A DNA stretch of 64,000 nucleotides from Eledone cirrhosa (taxonomy: Eukaryota): contig OZ024743.1 in NCBI GenBank assembly GCA_964016885.1, forward strand, positions 126,542,001-126,606,000, written 5' to 3'. Below are positions 24,001 to 38,462 of the stretch, one piece after another (position 1 is the stretch's first letter; the number at the start of each line of letters is the position of its first letter). Under the pieces are notes generated by a model. It had not been told where the DNA came from. It ran no database searches and saw nothing but the letters and a program-made list of their open reading frames with translations. A program made the translations under genes and the position numbers.

Positions 24001-27000
24001 GATTTTTTTTGTTGTTGTAAATTTAACATTGCATATTACTAGAAAAAACAATTTTACAACTGCTGCTAATTTCTTAAGCTGACTTTTTTTACTGTTTAGT
24101 TTGGGAAGGAACAGCAGTGCTCATGACCATTTTTAGGGCTTTCTTGGAGGAAGGAAAGTATCCCCATACCTTAGACCTGACCTGAATACTTGTAACAGGG
24201 TGGATTCTGTTACAGGCATCTAAGTAGCAGGTAGCGGTGTTAAACTGAGTGATAGATAAAGTCTATCACTCAGATTGGCTACAGCAGGTTTTGAACTCAG
24301 AATGCTAATGACAAGAACAAATAATGCCATCTCATCCAATGCTCTAACATTTCTGCCAATCCACCAGCCTGAACTGTCTCTTTATTTTATTGACACTGAA
24401 AGAATGAGAGGCAAAGTTGAACTGAGAGAACAGAGAGCTGGAGGAAATACCATAAAGTATTTTGTCCAGCACTCTGATGAATTTACCAACTCTCCACCTG
24501 AGGCAAGTAGAGTAAAATGTATAGTCTTGAGATACATTACATTGCTACTCCAAGGACAGAGCTTGAGTTCCTGCCCTTGGAGTAGGTCAATTAATGTAAC
24601 CACCTGTACATTTAATATCTATAGGCAGCGAATTGGCAGAGCTGTTAGAACTTCAGATGGAATGCTTTGTAGTGTTCATTCCAGCTCTTTGTACTCAAAT
24701 CTTACTGAGGTCAACTTTACCTTCCATCCTTTTGAGGTTGATAAAAACAGTACCAGTCCAGTACTGGGGTCGATTCTTCCTTTATAGCTTTGTCTCGCTT
24801 CCTCCCTCTCTCTCATTCTCTTTCTCCTTCACTGGAAGAAATCAGCCATGTTCAGACCTGGAGAGCAGATGACCTCCATCAGGTTTAAAGTGCCCAAGAC
24901 ACGCTTTATGTCACAAAGGCACCCCTATGACTTCATTAGGAGTTACAGGTCAGAAAGTGAGAGGGACATTTGATATTTAAATAGTTAATCCTTTAACCCT
25001 TTAGCATTTATATTACTCTATATTTACTATTATATTTTTTCAGTAAAGGCTTTATCTCACATAATATTGAATCTATGAGATTTTGATATTATTTATTTTG
25101 AGAACAATACCTTAATATCAGTATGAGCAGCTGGTTTGAACAGAAAGACAGAGAATTCTGGCCGGATATGGCCGGTTTAAATGCTAAAGGGTTAAAACAT
25201 TGATGTTTAATAAATTTCAATGACTGTCTAAACAAGTGTTTCATAACTTGTTTTTTTAATGGAATGCATTATATTTTATTTAATTAATGAAGAAACAAGA
25301 AGTTACGGAACTCAATAATCATCATTAAAATAGTATTTGTAACATAAGTTAAGAAAAGGTTTTTATATCAAATTATAAGATATAATTTTAAGTATGAACA
25401 TTCTAAAAGGAGCAGTTATATAGCATAAAAATTGAGGCAGCTTTGGAGCAGGTTAGTATCAAATGAGTTTGTATACTCTTAATATCACAAAACCTCTAAA
25501 CTGATGGTTTATTGTAACTATACCAATTTTCAAAAGTTTTTGTGACACTTCGTACTAATATATATTTCATATTTTTACCTTCTTTACATAGAATTCGGTG
25601 CAAAGTGAGTGACCCATTCAACAAAATCGTGATGAGAACAGCACAACTAAGAAGATTGCAGGTCAGGAAAATAACATTTTTGAAAAATGGGTTTTGAAGA
25701 CTGTTTATTACTAAAATCAATTGTATTGAGTATAAAACCTGCTTCTGTATAAAAGCAGTATGTCTGTTGCATCTGGTGCAATATCAGCTACAGCTGCAGA
25801 CAATATATCTTACATCTGGTGCAATATCAGCTACAGCTGCAGACAATATGTCTATTACACCTGGTGCAATATCAGCTATAGCTGCAGACAATATATCTTA
25901 CATCTGGTACAATATCAGCTATAGCTGCAGACAATATATCTTACATCTGGTGCAATATCAGCTACAGCTGCAGACAATATGTCTGTTACACCTGGTGCAA
26001 TATCAGCTACAGCTGCAGACAATATGTCTGTTACATCTGGTACAATATTAGCTACAGCTACAGACAACATGTCTGTTACATCTGGTGCAATATCAGCTAC
26101 AGCTGCAGACAATATATCTGTTCCATCTAGTGCAATATCAGCTATAGCTGCAGACAATATGTCTGTTCTATCTGGTGCAATATCAGCTACAGTTGCAGAC
26201 AATATGTCTGTTACATCTGGTGCAATATCAGCTACAGACAATATATCTGTTACATCTGGTGCAATACCAGCTACAGCTGCAGGCAATATGTCTGTTACAT
26301 CGGGTGCAATATCAGCTAGTGCTGCAGACTAAATGTCTCTTTTAAATTGATTAACCCTTTCATTACCTAATTTCTAATGAAAGACACTGCATACAATTTT
26401 CAAATAAAGTAAAAAAAATAATCAAGAATTTAGAGAGATTTAATAATAATGAACTTTCTTTTTATTAAGTTAATGTTCTTTCATACAATTATGATGAAAG
26501 GTTTTTAGATCATAGTTTTTTTGTATCATAGAATCAAGATCAGTTTCAGACGGTTTGGTATCAAATTCCTTTTACCACAACAAGAATAACACATATCCGT
26601 GCACACACACACACATACATACATATATATATTTATAATATATTATGGTAAGACAAAAGGTTAAAGGCTGAAACAGTCGCTTGAGCAGGGTTTCTTCTTC
26701 TCTGAAGACATTCTGCTGTCCAGCTCTCCTGAGAATTTCTTACCACTGTTATTTTCTTAATTTCTTTGTAGGAAGCTTGTGATCTTTTGCGTCGTATTAT
26801 TCGCATACTTTATCTAGGCAAGCGGCTTCGGAGCCAGCTAGAGGGTGGAGCAAGGGAGATAACTAAAGCTGCTCAGAGTCTAAATGAACTCGGTAAGGCC
26901 ATGTGAAATTCGTTTTTCTTTCTCGTGTATATTATATGTGGAAAAAAACTAGCCTAAAATTTCATGCAGTGAGATCAAAATCGATACCATGTGGTTGCGA

Positions 27001-30000
27001 AGTAAACTTCTTTACCAAACAGCCATATAAACAAACTCTGTATATCTATCTGAACCACAAAAAGAAAAGTCATTCTCTAGGCAGTTGAAAATGGATATGA
27101 GAACAAGTTCAATATCAATAACAATGATTTAAAAAATTATGCATAATTTTGGCTAACTGATTTTTCATTTTGTTATTTTAATTTTTTACATTTTGATATG
27201 ATTTGATATAAAAATAATATCCCAGTAGTTTTGAACAAATGTCTACATTGAAAGCCATCTTGGGACATCATCATTATCATTATTTAGTGGATTGGCAGTA
27301 TCGGTGGAGGGTCGGACGCCATGCTTTCAAGCATAGTTACGTCCCTTTACGATCTGAGTTCAAATCCCGCCGAGGTTGACTTTGCCTTTCATCCTTACGG
27401 GGTCGATAAAATAAAGTACCAGTAATGCACTGGATAATTGCTGGCCTTGTGCCTAAAGTAGAAACAATTATTTAATGTCTATTTTCCCTGTAAGCAAAGG
27501 TTGGACCTAATGTCATAATATATAAAGTTTATAAATAAGTTGATTGATTCACTTATTTTAATTATGTATGTGAAGATAGGGATTCACATGTTATTTTAAT
27601 TATTTATGTAAAGGTAGGGATTCACGTTATTTTGATTATGTATATGAAAAAAGGGTTTCGCATATTATTTTAATCATCTATATAAAGGTAGGATTCACAT
27701 GCTATTTAGATTATGTATGTAATGGTAGGGATTCAAATGTTATTTTGTTTAATGCAGATTATGTGTGTGAAGGAATGGATTTAAGTGGAGTTGAGGTGAT
27801 TGAAGCAGATCGTCGATTCATTAAGCAAGCCCGCAAAGATGTAGAGGCACAAGCTCAGAAGATGTTAGAGCAAGGAATGGAAACACAGGTGAGAAAATTT
27901 GCTTTATATCATCATAGTCATTTTGCATCTGCTTTCCATGCTGGCATGAGTTGGATGGCTTGTTATTAAAAGTTACTGCTGTCCTTGACAGGTCAGGACA
28001 ATGTCTTGCTCATACATTTCATAGTTTGGTGTGGTTTCTACAGCTAGTAGCCCTTCCTAACACCACCCACTTTATAGAATAATCATGGCACGAGCACTAG
28101 ACAAATTATCATCTCAGCAGGACTAAAGAGTGTACTGGGTGTATTTTATTGTACCACCAGCACTAGGGAGGTTGTCATGTTTTTGACACAACTGAAGAGT
28201 TTTCTTGACCCTTTGCTTGGCAAATTTTCTACAGCTGGTTTGGTTGCTCTTCCTATCACCAACTGTTTCATAGTGTGCACTGAGTGCATTTTATCATGAC
28301 ACCAACACTAGAGAGGCTGTTGAGCCCTTGACAAAACTGAAGTATATGTGTATATATATGTATACATATCTCCAGATTCAACAAAATAACTGAAGGCTTT
28401 TTAAGCACTATGTGAAGGTGCATGGCTTAGTGGTTAAGGTGTTGGGTTCACAATCATAGGGACTTTGGTTCAATTCAGGGCTGAGCGCTGCATTGTGTCC
28501 TTAAGCAAGACACTCCAGTTCACTCAGCTGAAAAAAAAAATGAGTACCAGCAGCTGAAGATAAACTCTGTGATAGAAGAGTTGTCAGTACATTGGGTAAA
28601 ATGCTTTGTAATATTTGTTCCTACTTTTGTTGCTCTGAGTTCAATTTCTGCTGAGGTCAACTTTGTCTTTTAACCTTCCAGGGTCGATAAACTAAAGTAC
28701 CAGTCGAGGGCAGTGGATTTGCGGAATTGTTAGAACATCACAAAGATGTCTTGTGGTTTTTGTTTCAGCTTTTGGCATTCTGGGTTCAAATCCCACTGTG
28801 GCTCAATTGGATGGTAGACTTAATCTTATCACCACCAGCTGGTACTTAGGTCTTGTTGCAAGCATTCAAACAAGATCTCTGGTTTGAGAATACAACCCTC
28901 CTTCCCTCTCTCCTACCAGTGTCAGATGCCTTAAAAAGTTTCATGAACACTGCCCTTCCACTTTACCCTAAACTCCCAATTTATCACCACCACTTGATAC
29001 GTAGGTGCCTTTAACCAAGTCCATTATGTTGCAAGCATTTGAGCCAGGTCTTTGGTTTGAGAATACCCTTTCTCTCTGCCAACCAACAGTCTTGGAGGCC
29101 CTGAGAATGGTCATGGGTACTGCCTTTCTCTCCCCAATCAAACAGTATAAAATAAAAAAATCTCCCCTCTTCTATAATAGACTTTGAGTATTTAATTTCA
29201 GTACACCTTATCCCTACTTTAACTATAACCAACAGAAATGATTACATGATGATGATCATCATCATTTTATGTTGGCAATCCATGTTGGCATGGGCTGAAT
29301 AGGTTGTTATGGACCAAGACAAGTTGGAGTGACCCATCTTGCTTGTTACATTCCATATTAGGCATGGTTTCTACAGCTTGATGCCCTTCCTAATGCCAGT
29401 CATCTTACAAGGTGTTCAGGATGCATTTTTCATGACACTAGCACTACCACTTGAAAGAATGACTGGGAGCATATCATTGTGGTACTAACAAAAACACTTT
29501 ACAGAGTGTACTGAGTGCATTTAATCATTGCAGCAGTACTGGAGAGGTTGTCACATGCTAGGCAGGCTGGACAGAAAATTTCTTTCAAACTCTATATTGT
29601 CTTTATTTGATTACTAAACACTGTAGCCTATTCATTCATTTATCTATTACAGAATCAAAGTCAAGTGGCAACTTCACTGCAAGTCTTCTACAACCTGAAT
29701 TCTCTTTCAGCAACAGTAAAGAAAGTTGTTAACAATTGTCGTGAAACACTTCACCAAAACATCAAAAATTGTCTAAACATGCAGCTTTTACAACAGCAGG
29801 TTCCAACACAAGGTCAAGGTCAGTTGATTTAGAATTTTTAAAGTTTTTCTTCATACTCCTACTGTTACCAAAAAAATGATTCATCATTGTCAACATCATC
29901 ATTTTATGTTTGCTTTCCAAGATGGCATGGGTTGGAGGACCATACCTCACTTGTGTGTCCCATTTTTGGCATAGTTTCTACAGTTGGATACACTTTACTG

Positions 30001-31176
30001 AGTATATCTAGAAATATGCCTAATGTGTCAACCCTTTTATAGACTGTACTGGATGTATTTTATGTTAGCACTAGCACAGTTGTCATGACTTCTCTACCAT
30101 TTTTAGGCATAGTTATACAGCTACTTGCCCTTCTTAATGCCAGCCTCTTTACAGAGTGTTCTGAGTACATTTTATTGTACTGCAGCACATGAATGGTTAC
30201 AAAGTCATTGACTTGACTAATTAAAGAGTAATTTTCATCTATTTCTGGCATGGCTTTTATGGCTAGATGCCCTTCCTAACTCCGTATCACTTTACAGTAT
30301 GTATTGGGTGCATATTATTATGGTTGTAACTCATCATTTTTATTTAACCCTCTAAATAATGTCTTTTTAGGAGGTCCTGGCAGAGCATCAATGCCGGTGA
30401 CTGGAAACACTGCTGTCTACCGAGCATCTCTTTGGACTAACATGGAGAAATTGATGGACAATATTTATGCTGCTTGTGCTCAGGTTAGTTATATTCTTTA
30501 CGATTTTGCTACTATTATAATATATAAGAGGGAAAGTGGATGCTTTTATTTTGTCATATATATGTCTAACCCATTGTAGCGGGGAAAAACGGATGTTAAA
30601 CAGCAATGATATCATCATCATTGTTTTATCTCTATTGTTTCATGCTTGCATGGGTTTGACAAGACTTTTTTTTTTCTGAGGTAGTATTCTATGGCCAGAT
30701 GCCTTTTCTGACACCAACTCATAGTTTATCTTATTTTATTGAACCATAGAGTTGAGGAGTGTGTTGCTTTTGTGAGACATAAGCACACAGCAGTGCTTAT
30801 CACGTCTCCGACACAACTGGAGGGCTCTCCAAACCTTTTGTTTGGCTGGGTGTCCTTCCTATCACCAACCACTTTACAACAAGGAATGATTTCTACAGTG
30901 GGATGCCCTTCCTGTTACCAACCACCCTTATGGGGTGTATCAGGTGCATTTTTGTGGCACCATCACTAGAGAGGTTGTTGGTCATAGTCTCAACTGAAGA
31001 ACACCTCTTGGCTCTGGGGAGGAAGATAGGTATGAAGTTATAGGTGTATGTGGTGATTTGGCAGACTGAACTACCAAAATGGTATATTTTACTCATTCAT
31101 AATTTGAGGATAAACAATATTTTTCGTATAGTGTATATTAAAAAAAAAAAGATTTCAATCCCCTCCACAACCACTG

Positions 31177-31208
<32 letters not shown>

Positions 31209-34200
31209 CTGTAACCATCCCCTTTCCACAGCGTGACTGACAATTTACCCTTTATGTAATCTATTATGAGCACTTTAATATAATGGATTATTATCATCTC
31301 ACTGTTATTTTCATATCATTATTATCATCATCTTCACTCTTCTCATCATCATCTTATGGATTATGTTTTCAATGTTTTTTTCTTATTAGATACAGCACTT
31401 ACAGAAAGTGTTGACTAAGAAACGTGACCCTGTCACTCACATATGTTTCATTGAGGAACTTTCAAAGGTTTGTGTAGTTTTGTTTCATTTTATGTTTTCA
31501 TTTCTTTAGTTAATTCATTGAGCTGGCAAATTGGTGGAGTCATTAGAGCATCAGATTAACCCTTTAGCATTTAAAATGGGTGCATTTGGGCAGCATCCTC
31601 TCACCTCTTTCTGTTCAAACCGACTTTAACTGGCTGCTCATACTTGTGTTAAGGTATTGTGCTCAAAATAAATAACATCAAAATCTCATAGATTCCATAT
31701 CACATGAAATAATTATGTGAGGTAAAGCCTTTACCATGGAAATATAATAGTATATATAGAATAATGTAAATGCTAAAGGGTTAAATGCATTTCAGTATTT
31801 GTTCTGGTTTTCTGTGCTCTGAGTTTAAATCCCACTGAGGTTAATTTTGCCTTTCCTCTCTCTGAAGTTGATAGAATCAAATACCAATCTATTGGTAGAA
31901 TTCTTAGGGGACTTGACGAGATGCCTTGCATCATTTGTTCCAGCCCTTTGCATTCTGATTTCAAATTCTGCTGTGGCCTAGTTGGGTGCTAGACTTAATC
32001 TGTCTCAGGAATGCATGTGGTGTGTATGTATGTGTGTTGGGGGTAGGGTTCCTGGCTACATGTACTGACTGTTGATGAGTAGTGTTGCTCTTGCATCATT
32101 GGAAACACCAGACACATGCTATTCTAGAATTGTTTATAACATAAATAAATAAAATATAAGAAAGAAGAGAAATTCTGACACTGTATTTTGTAGAATGATA
32201 ATGTATGTGCTTATGTTTTACATTGGGTTGTGTACATACATATTTCCATGTCATCACCATTTCACGATTGTTTTCCCTGCTGGCAAGGGTTGGATGAGTT
32301 GACACAGATCAAATCAGTACTTAGTTGCAGCTACTGACTTCTCAGACAGGCTGGGGTCCTCATTTCAACCATGTTCCTGTACTCTACAGAGTGCATCAGG
32401 TGCATTTTGTTGTGGCAGCAGCTGTAGAGAGATTGTCGTGTCTTGGACACAATTGAAGAGCCCTCCTAGTTACATTTTGTAAACATGATTGTATTTTAGC
32501 TAGCTTCTTTTTACATTATCCCTATCTATGTAATTGTCTTAATTAATTAACTTATTTATTATCTATCAGGCATCAGATGAACCCATCAACATAATGCAGG
32601 ATTTCTGGGAGAGTGTCACAAGTATTTTAACTGATGAATTTAAGACAGCAGCGCGAGGTATAGTAGTACTTCATTATTTTACATCGTAGAGGGTCGGACG
32701 CCATGCTTTGACGTATAGAGTTACGGCCCTTGCCATTCTGAGTTCAAATCCCGCCAAGGTTAACTTTGCCTTTCATCCTTACGGGGTCGATAAAATAAAG
32801 TACCAGTAATGCACTGGGTAATTGCTGGCCTTGTGCCTAACGTAGAAACAATTATTTTATATCTACTTAAGGCAGTATCAGTAGAGTGTCAGACACCATG
32901 CTTTGCAGCATAGAGTTATGACCCTTTACGTTCTGAGTTCAAATGCTGCCGAGGTTAGCTTTGCCTTTCATCCTTACAGGTCAATAAAATAAAGCACCAG
33001 TAATGCACTGGGGAAATTGCTGGCCTTGATCCAAAAGTAGAAACAATTATTTTACATCTACTTTTCCATGCTGACATGGATTGGATGTATTATTATAGAG
33101 TAAGTCAGTATTTAATTAGAGCTATTGTCCTTCTAGAGGGGTCAGTAGACCACATTTCATTCAATACTTCAATTATTTTACAGAGTGTACCAGGTGCATT
33201 TTATTGTGACACCAGCACTAGGAAAGTTTCCATGTCCTTGATGTGACTGTAGAGTCCACTCCTTTTTTGGCATAGTTGCTACAGCTGGATGTCCTACCTA
33301 ACTTCAACTACATTACCAAGTGTACTGGGTGCATTTTATGGTACCTGCACTACAGAGGTTATTATATCCTTGATGTGACTGAGCTTTCCTCTCTACCCTT
33401 CTTTGGCATGGTTTCAACAGCTAGATGCTCTTTCTAATTAAAATCACTTTATAGAGTGTATTGGATGTACACCAGCACTAGAAAAATTGCCATGTCCCTG
33501 ATATGGTTGAAGTGTTGTTACCAGAAATTAGCAATCCTATGTTTAAGAAAAAATCATTGTATATATTTGTGTGTATTGATGTATGTATATATTGATGTGT
33601 GTGTCAATTAATGTATGTGTATTCATGTACATATGTTTATATTTATTTTATTAATTTGTTTGTTTTTTCCTCATTCTACATCTCAAGATACATCTTTCCT
33701 GAAGCAAGCATTTGAAGGGGAATACCCAAAACTGCTACGTTTATACAATGATTTATGGAAAAGGCTTCATCAATTTAATGTGACATCCAACACAGCTACA
33801 ACTGTAATCCATACAGACTTTTCTGCTATAGAATCTGCTGATGAGGATTTCTTTAGTAAAAAAGCAGCCACCAAGACTGGCTATGAGTAAGTGATGAACA
33901 GTTTCATATTTTAAAGCACTAAAATATCTTCATTATCATCATTGTTTTTATGTCTCCTTTTCCATGCTGACATGGTTTAGATGAGATTTTTGTGTAAGCT
34001 ATTATACTAGTCTATCATACACATTACCTAAATATTATAATTGTTGTTGTAATATGCATAGTATACCCTGCACCCATTTCATATCAATGAAAAGCAAAGC
34101 ATATATGGCTTTTTTGTTTTTTGAACTTTTCTTGTTGATTCTTAATGCTTGGCTTCTGTCAGAACTTGTTTATTTATTTAACTATTTATTTATATATATT

Positions 34201-37200
34201 TTTATATTTGTTAGCTCTGAGATGGCACTGAGAAATACATTAGCTTCATTTGAAACTGCATACCTGTCACGTTCACTTTCCCGCCTTTTTGATCCAATTA
34301 ATTTGGTGTTTACAAGTGGGTCATTAAACCCACCAACAAGGGAAGAAGTTGACAGTATTGTTAAAACTATAGCCAGGTAAGGGTTGTAAAAATCTCATCT
34401 TTGTAAAATAGTGTGTTTTTAGAGAGCTAAGTAGGACATTAAATATTAAAAATAACAATAACAAAATTTTTATAAGGTGCTTAATTAGTCCTTTCCTTAA
34501 TGTTTCGGGATAAAATCCTTTCATCAAAAGGAGAGTTGGGGAGGGATTTTATCCTAAAATATTAAAGACTAATTCAACACCGCCAAGGTAACATACCAAC
34601 AATTTTGTTATTGTTATTTTTAACACTTAATGTCTTATTTGCATTGCTTACCCCTCTAAAAAAAAACCACTATTTTCTACACTGTCAACAACACCCTTTA
34701 ATTTTTTATGTTCAGCTTTTTACTTTTATTTTCATCAACATCATCATTATTATCATCATCATCATCATCAGCATCAACATCAACATCATTTAGCGTCCAT
34801 TCTCTCCGCTAGCAAAGGTTGAACAGGATTTCACAGACCAAGTCAGTACTTAATCAAAGCTATTGACTTCAGACAAGATGGGCATTGCATATCACTTACA
34901 TATGTTCTTGCTCTGTATAGAGTGTGCCAGGGACACTCCATTGTGGCATTTACACCAGAGAGACTGTCATGTCTTTGGCTCAACTGAAGTGTATTCTCAA
35001 CCCTTTATTTGGCAAGTTGTCTGTAATTGAATGCCTTTCCTATCACCAACCACTTTACAGAATGTACTGGATACATGTTATCATGTCACCAACACTAGAG
35101 AGGTTGTTGTGTCCTTGAGCCAACTGAAGAATCCTCTGGACCCTTTTTTGTTCATTTTAACTGTGTTACTGTTATTTCATGATAGTATGGCTGGAATGGT
35201 AATCCTGTACATTTGTACATTATAAAACAGGGGTTCTTAAATGTATTTTGTCATGGAAAATTTTGGTGTTTAATTATTTTAATTTTTTATATTGCAGTGA
35301 ACTAAGTGTGGCCAGTGTTGACTCCAAGCTCAGTGTTACTGTAGCCAGAAATGTTACAAAAACTGTCAAGCTATTCTGTGTTAAAAGTGAACAATTGGTG
35401 AGATTTATTGTTGTTCTGTACTTAACTGCTGTGTGGAGGTCAGGCAACACTGACTGTGCCTGTTCTTGGACCTAAAATGTTTGTGACCATATTTCTAATG
35501 AAGTACACTGTCCACGTGTTTTAGTTAATTTTGAAAAGGTTGAACATTTTGAAAAAATTTAAATAACTTCCTTTATAATTACTATTCTGTTATTTGGAAC
35601 ACAACTCAACAAAATGGTTTTCCATAAAATTTATGTTGTAATGTTTTAATTTAAATATGAATCTTTAAAACAGCTTGGTTTGTCATAGAATGGTAACCAC
35701 CTGGCTCTGTGGTGGACTTAAATATTTGGCAGGCCCTGAAGTTTGAACTGTTATGGGAATCCCTTTGCAAGCATCGAAAAAAGAACACTTATTTACTTCT
35801 GGGGCTCCACCGACATTAGGGGTCCAAAAGTTTAAACTTCATTATTTTTATAGTAGATCCACCACTGACTTTGTCATTGGGTTACTTTAACCCTTTTGTT
35901 ACTATATTTCTTAAGAAATACACTGTATTTGAATTAATCAGTGAATAATATTCTGGGAAATGCTAAACTTATTAATTATTTCATTCATAAGCTGGTATTT
36001 TTAACATAACTTATGAAAAGATTCTTATATCAAATTGTTAGAATGTTTTAAGATAAATGGTTTTGTATCATAAAACCTGAGGCAGTTTCAGGCAGTTTGG
36101 TATCAAAAAAATTAACTTAGTTGTTGCACGTATTCGGGCCAGATTTCTCATCTGAGTATAATTCCCTCTTCATCAGTCACAGAGGCTGTGAAAAGGCACT
36201 GTTCTTCCTCTTCTGACTAAGCCATTAACTCTTTCTTTGCCGTATTTCTAATGAAAGACACTACTTAATATTTTCAAATCAATTTGAGATAATAAAAAAT
36301 TAGCTTGGATTTTATAATTTAACAAACTTTTTCATTATTAAGTTGGTGTTGGGAGCATGGGGTAACAAAGTTTTTTCCTCTTCTTTTTTGCCTACTTATT
36401 CTTGGGAGGGTCATGAGGCAAAGTCCTCAAGTGCGCCTTCCAGTGGGTCCTGTCAGAATCAACCATCTCCAATTGATCCGGCTGGATCCTCAAGTAAGAC
36501 TAGCCGAGCTCATGGATGTTATTCAACCATCTTGCTCAGGGTCTACCCCTGGGTCTCCTGCCAGTTGGTTTTGCCCCTAAAATGTGTCATTGATTTGTTT
36601 TTTCTGAGACATTCTGACCACATTTTAGGAGGGGTAGTTAAGCTGGTTTGGTATAAAAAAGTAAAAAAAAAAAATAAAAACGTTAGTCATACATTTATTT
36701 CACATCTGTTAATTTCCATGTTAGCATTTTGCATATGATTTAAAACTCATTTGTTAGCTACCTCAGATGTGGCCAGGTAAGATTTGATTTCTTTGAATTT
36801 ATAAGCAATGGTTGGCAAACAAATGCAAAAGTTGGTCTCAGTGAAGTGTACTAGTAAATCTACTATGAAACTAAGGAAGTTTAAGATTCAGGAACCAGAA
36901 TCCCCAAAATAACTTCAAAAGCAACTTGCCCTACTGTTTCAGGTTGTGAATGGGTCTCCTTATCAATTCAAGGTTCAGTATTCCCAAAATTTAGATACAC
37001 CACTGGTAAAGTAATTAACTTTACAGCCATCCAACAGTGGATAAGTGCCCTGATTCTGTCCATTATTTTGTTTATAGTTAAAGTCTTTCCCAAGCAGGCC
37101 AGAGCTTATCATGATTTGAGGCATGAAGTGATTAAGAGTACAAGATTCTCCTCTGGATAGATTGGAACATTGTAAAATGAGGTGTCTTGTTCAGTTCAGG

Positions 37201-38415
37201 TATTGAATCCACAACCTTATGATCTCAAGCTCAAAATGATAAACAAACACTAGCCTGTGCACCATCACTAAGTTTTCAATATGATCATGTAGTTTTGTGC
37301 ATAAGTGCAGCTGATATATTTAAATTAATCAGCCAGCATTGATTACATGTATTTACAAGTTCAGATATTTTTACAAATATTTAAAACTGGGTAGGCTTAA
37401 TTTCAGTTGGTTGACATAATCCTGGGTGGTTTACTTAAACTTCGCTGGTTTACTTAATTTTTGGTGGCAGACTTAGTCTTGGGTGGTGGATTTAGTTTTA
37501 GGTGATAGACCTTAATTTAAAGGAATAGACTTCATCTTGAGTGGTAGGTTGCATTCTAAGTTCAAATTTTGCTGTGACTTACTTGAGTGGTAGACATAAT
37601 CAGTTTCCTGGTTTAACATAACCACTTGTTGCAAGCATTTAACCAAGGTCACTGGCTTGAGGCTATATTCCTCTTTTCCCATCACCAGTCTCAGAGGCCC
37701 TGAAAAAAGTCATGGGCTCTGTCCTTTCACCCAACCCACTAAACAGTAAAAACAAACATTTTTCAGTTAGGATTGAACTTATGACTCTATTTCTAGTACA
37801 TGAAATTTTATGCAATAAAAAAAATTTAAATTATCTGATTTTAATCAATTTTTAATATTTCATTTTTATAGTTGACCACCGATGGTGAGGCCAGCCAAGT
37901 TATACGTCCAGCCACTCCAGGACAGATACGTAATGCTGCCATTGTTAACACTCTTTACCAATTCCATGTAGCTGTTTCAAAAGTAAGCTTAACATTGTTG
38001 TTTCTTTCTCAAAGAATTGTTTAGATTTCTCCTTTTTGCTTTAAAGCAGGCATTGTTATGTGGTTAAAAAGTCTGGTTCACAATTTTATCGTTTTGGGTT
38101 CTATCTCATTGTGTGGCACCTTGGGCATGTATTTTCTATTATAGGCCCGAGATGACCAATGCCTTGCAAGTGAATATATGGAAACTGTATGATGTCACAC
38201 AAAATTCTATGTGTTTTGTAGCTTAATTGCTATAAATTAATATTTTGTCTCTCTCTTACTCCACTGGACAGCTGATGACCATGGAGTTCTGTGTCCTTCG
38301 TTTGTATTTTTATTTTATTTTAAATAATTTTTTAAGGTTTCCCCTTAAAAAAATTGTTTTTCCGTTTTATTTTGTTTCCTTTCATTGTCTTGTCCTCTCT
38401 TTGTTAATTTTCTTA

Positions 38416-38462
<47 letters not shown>

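Noticed and set aside
24275-24787. 170-aa ORF in COG5 intron 4
   Set aside because: Patchwork of SINE fragments in both orientations.
25758-26330. Possible CRISPR array
   Set aside because: Units are head-to-tail with no unique spacers, there are no cas genes, and the locus is a eukaryotic intron.
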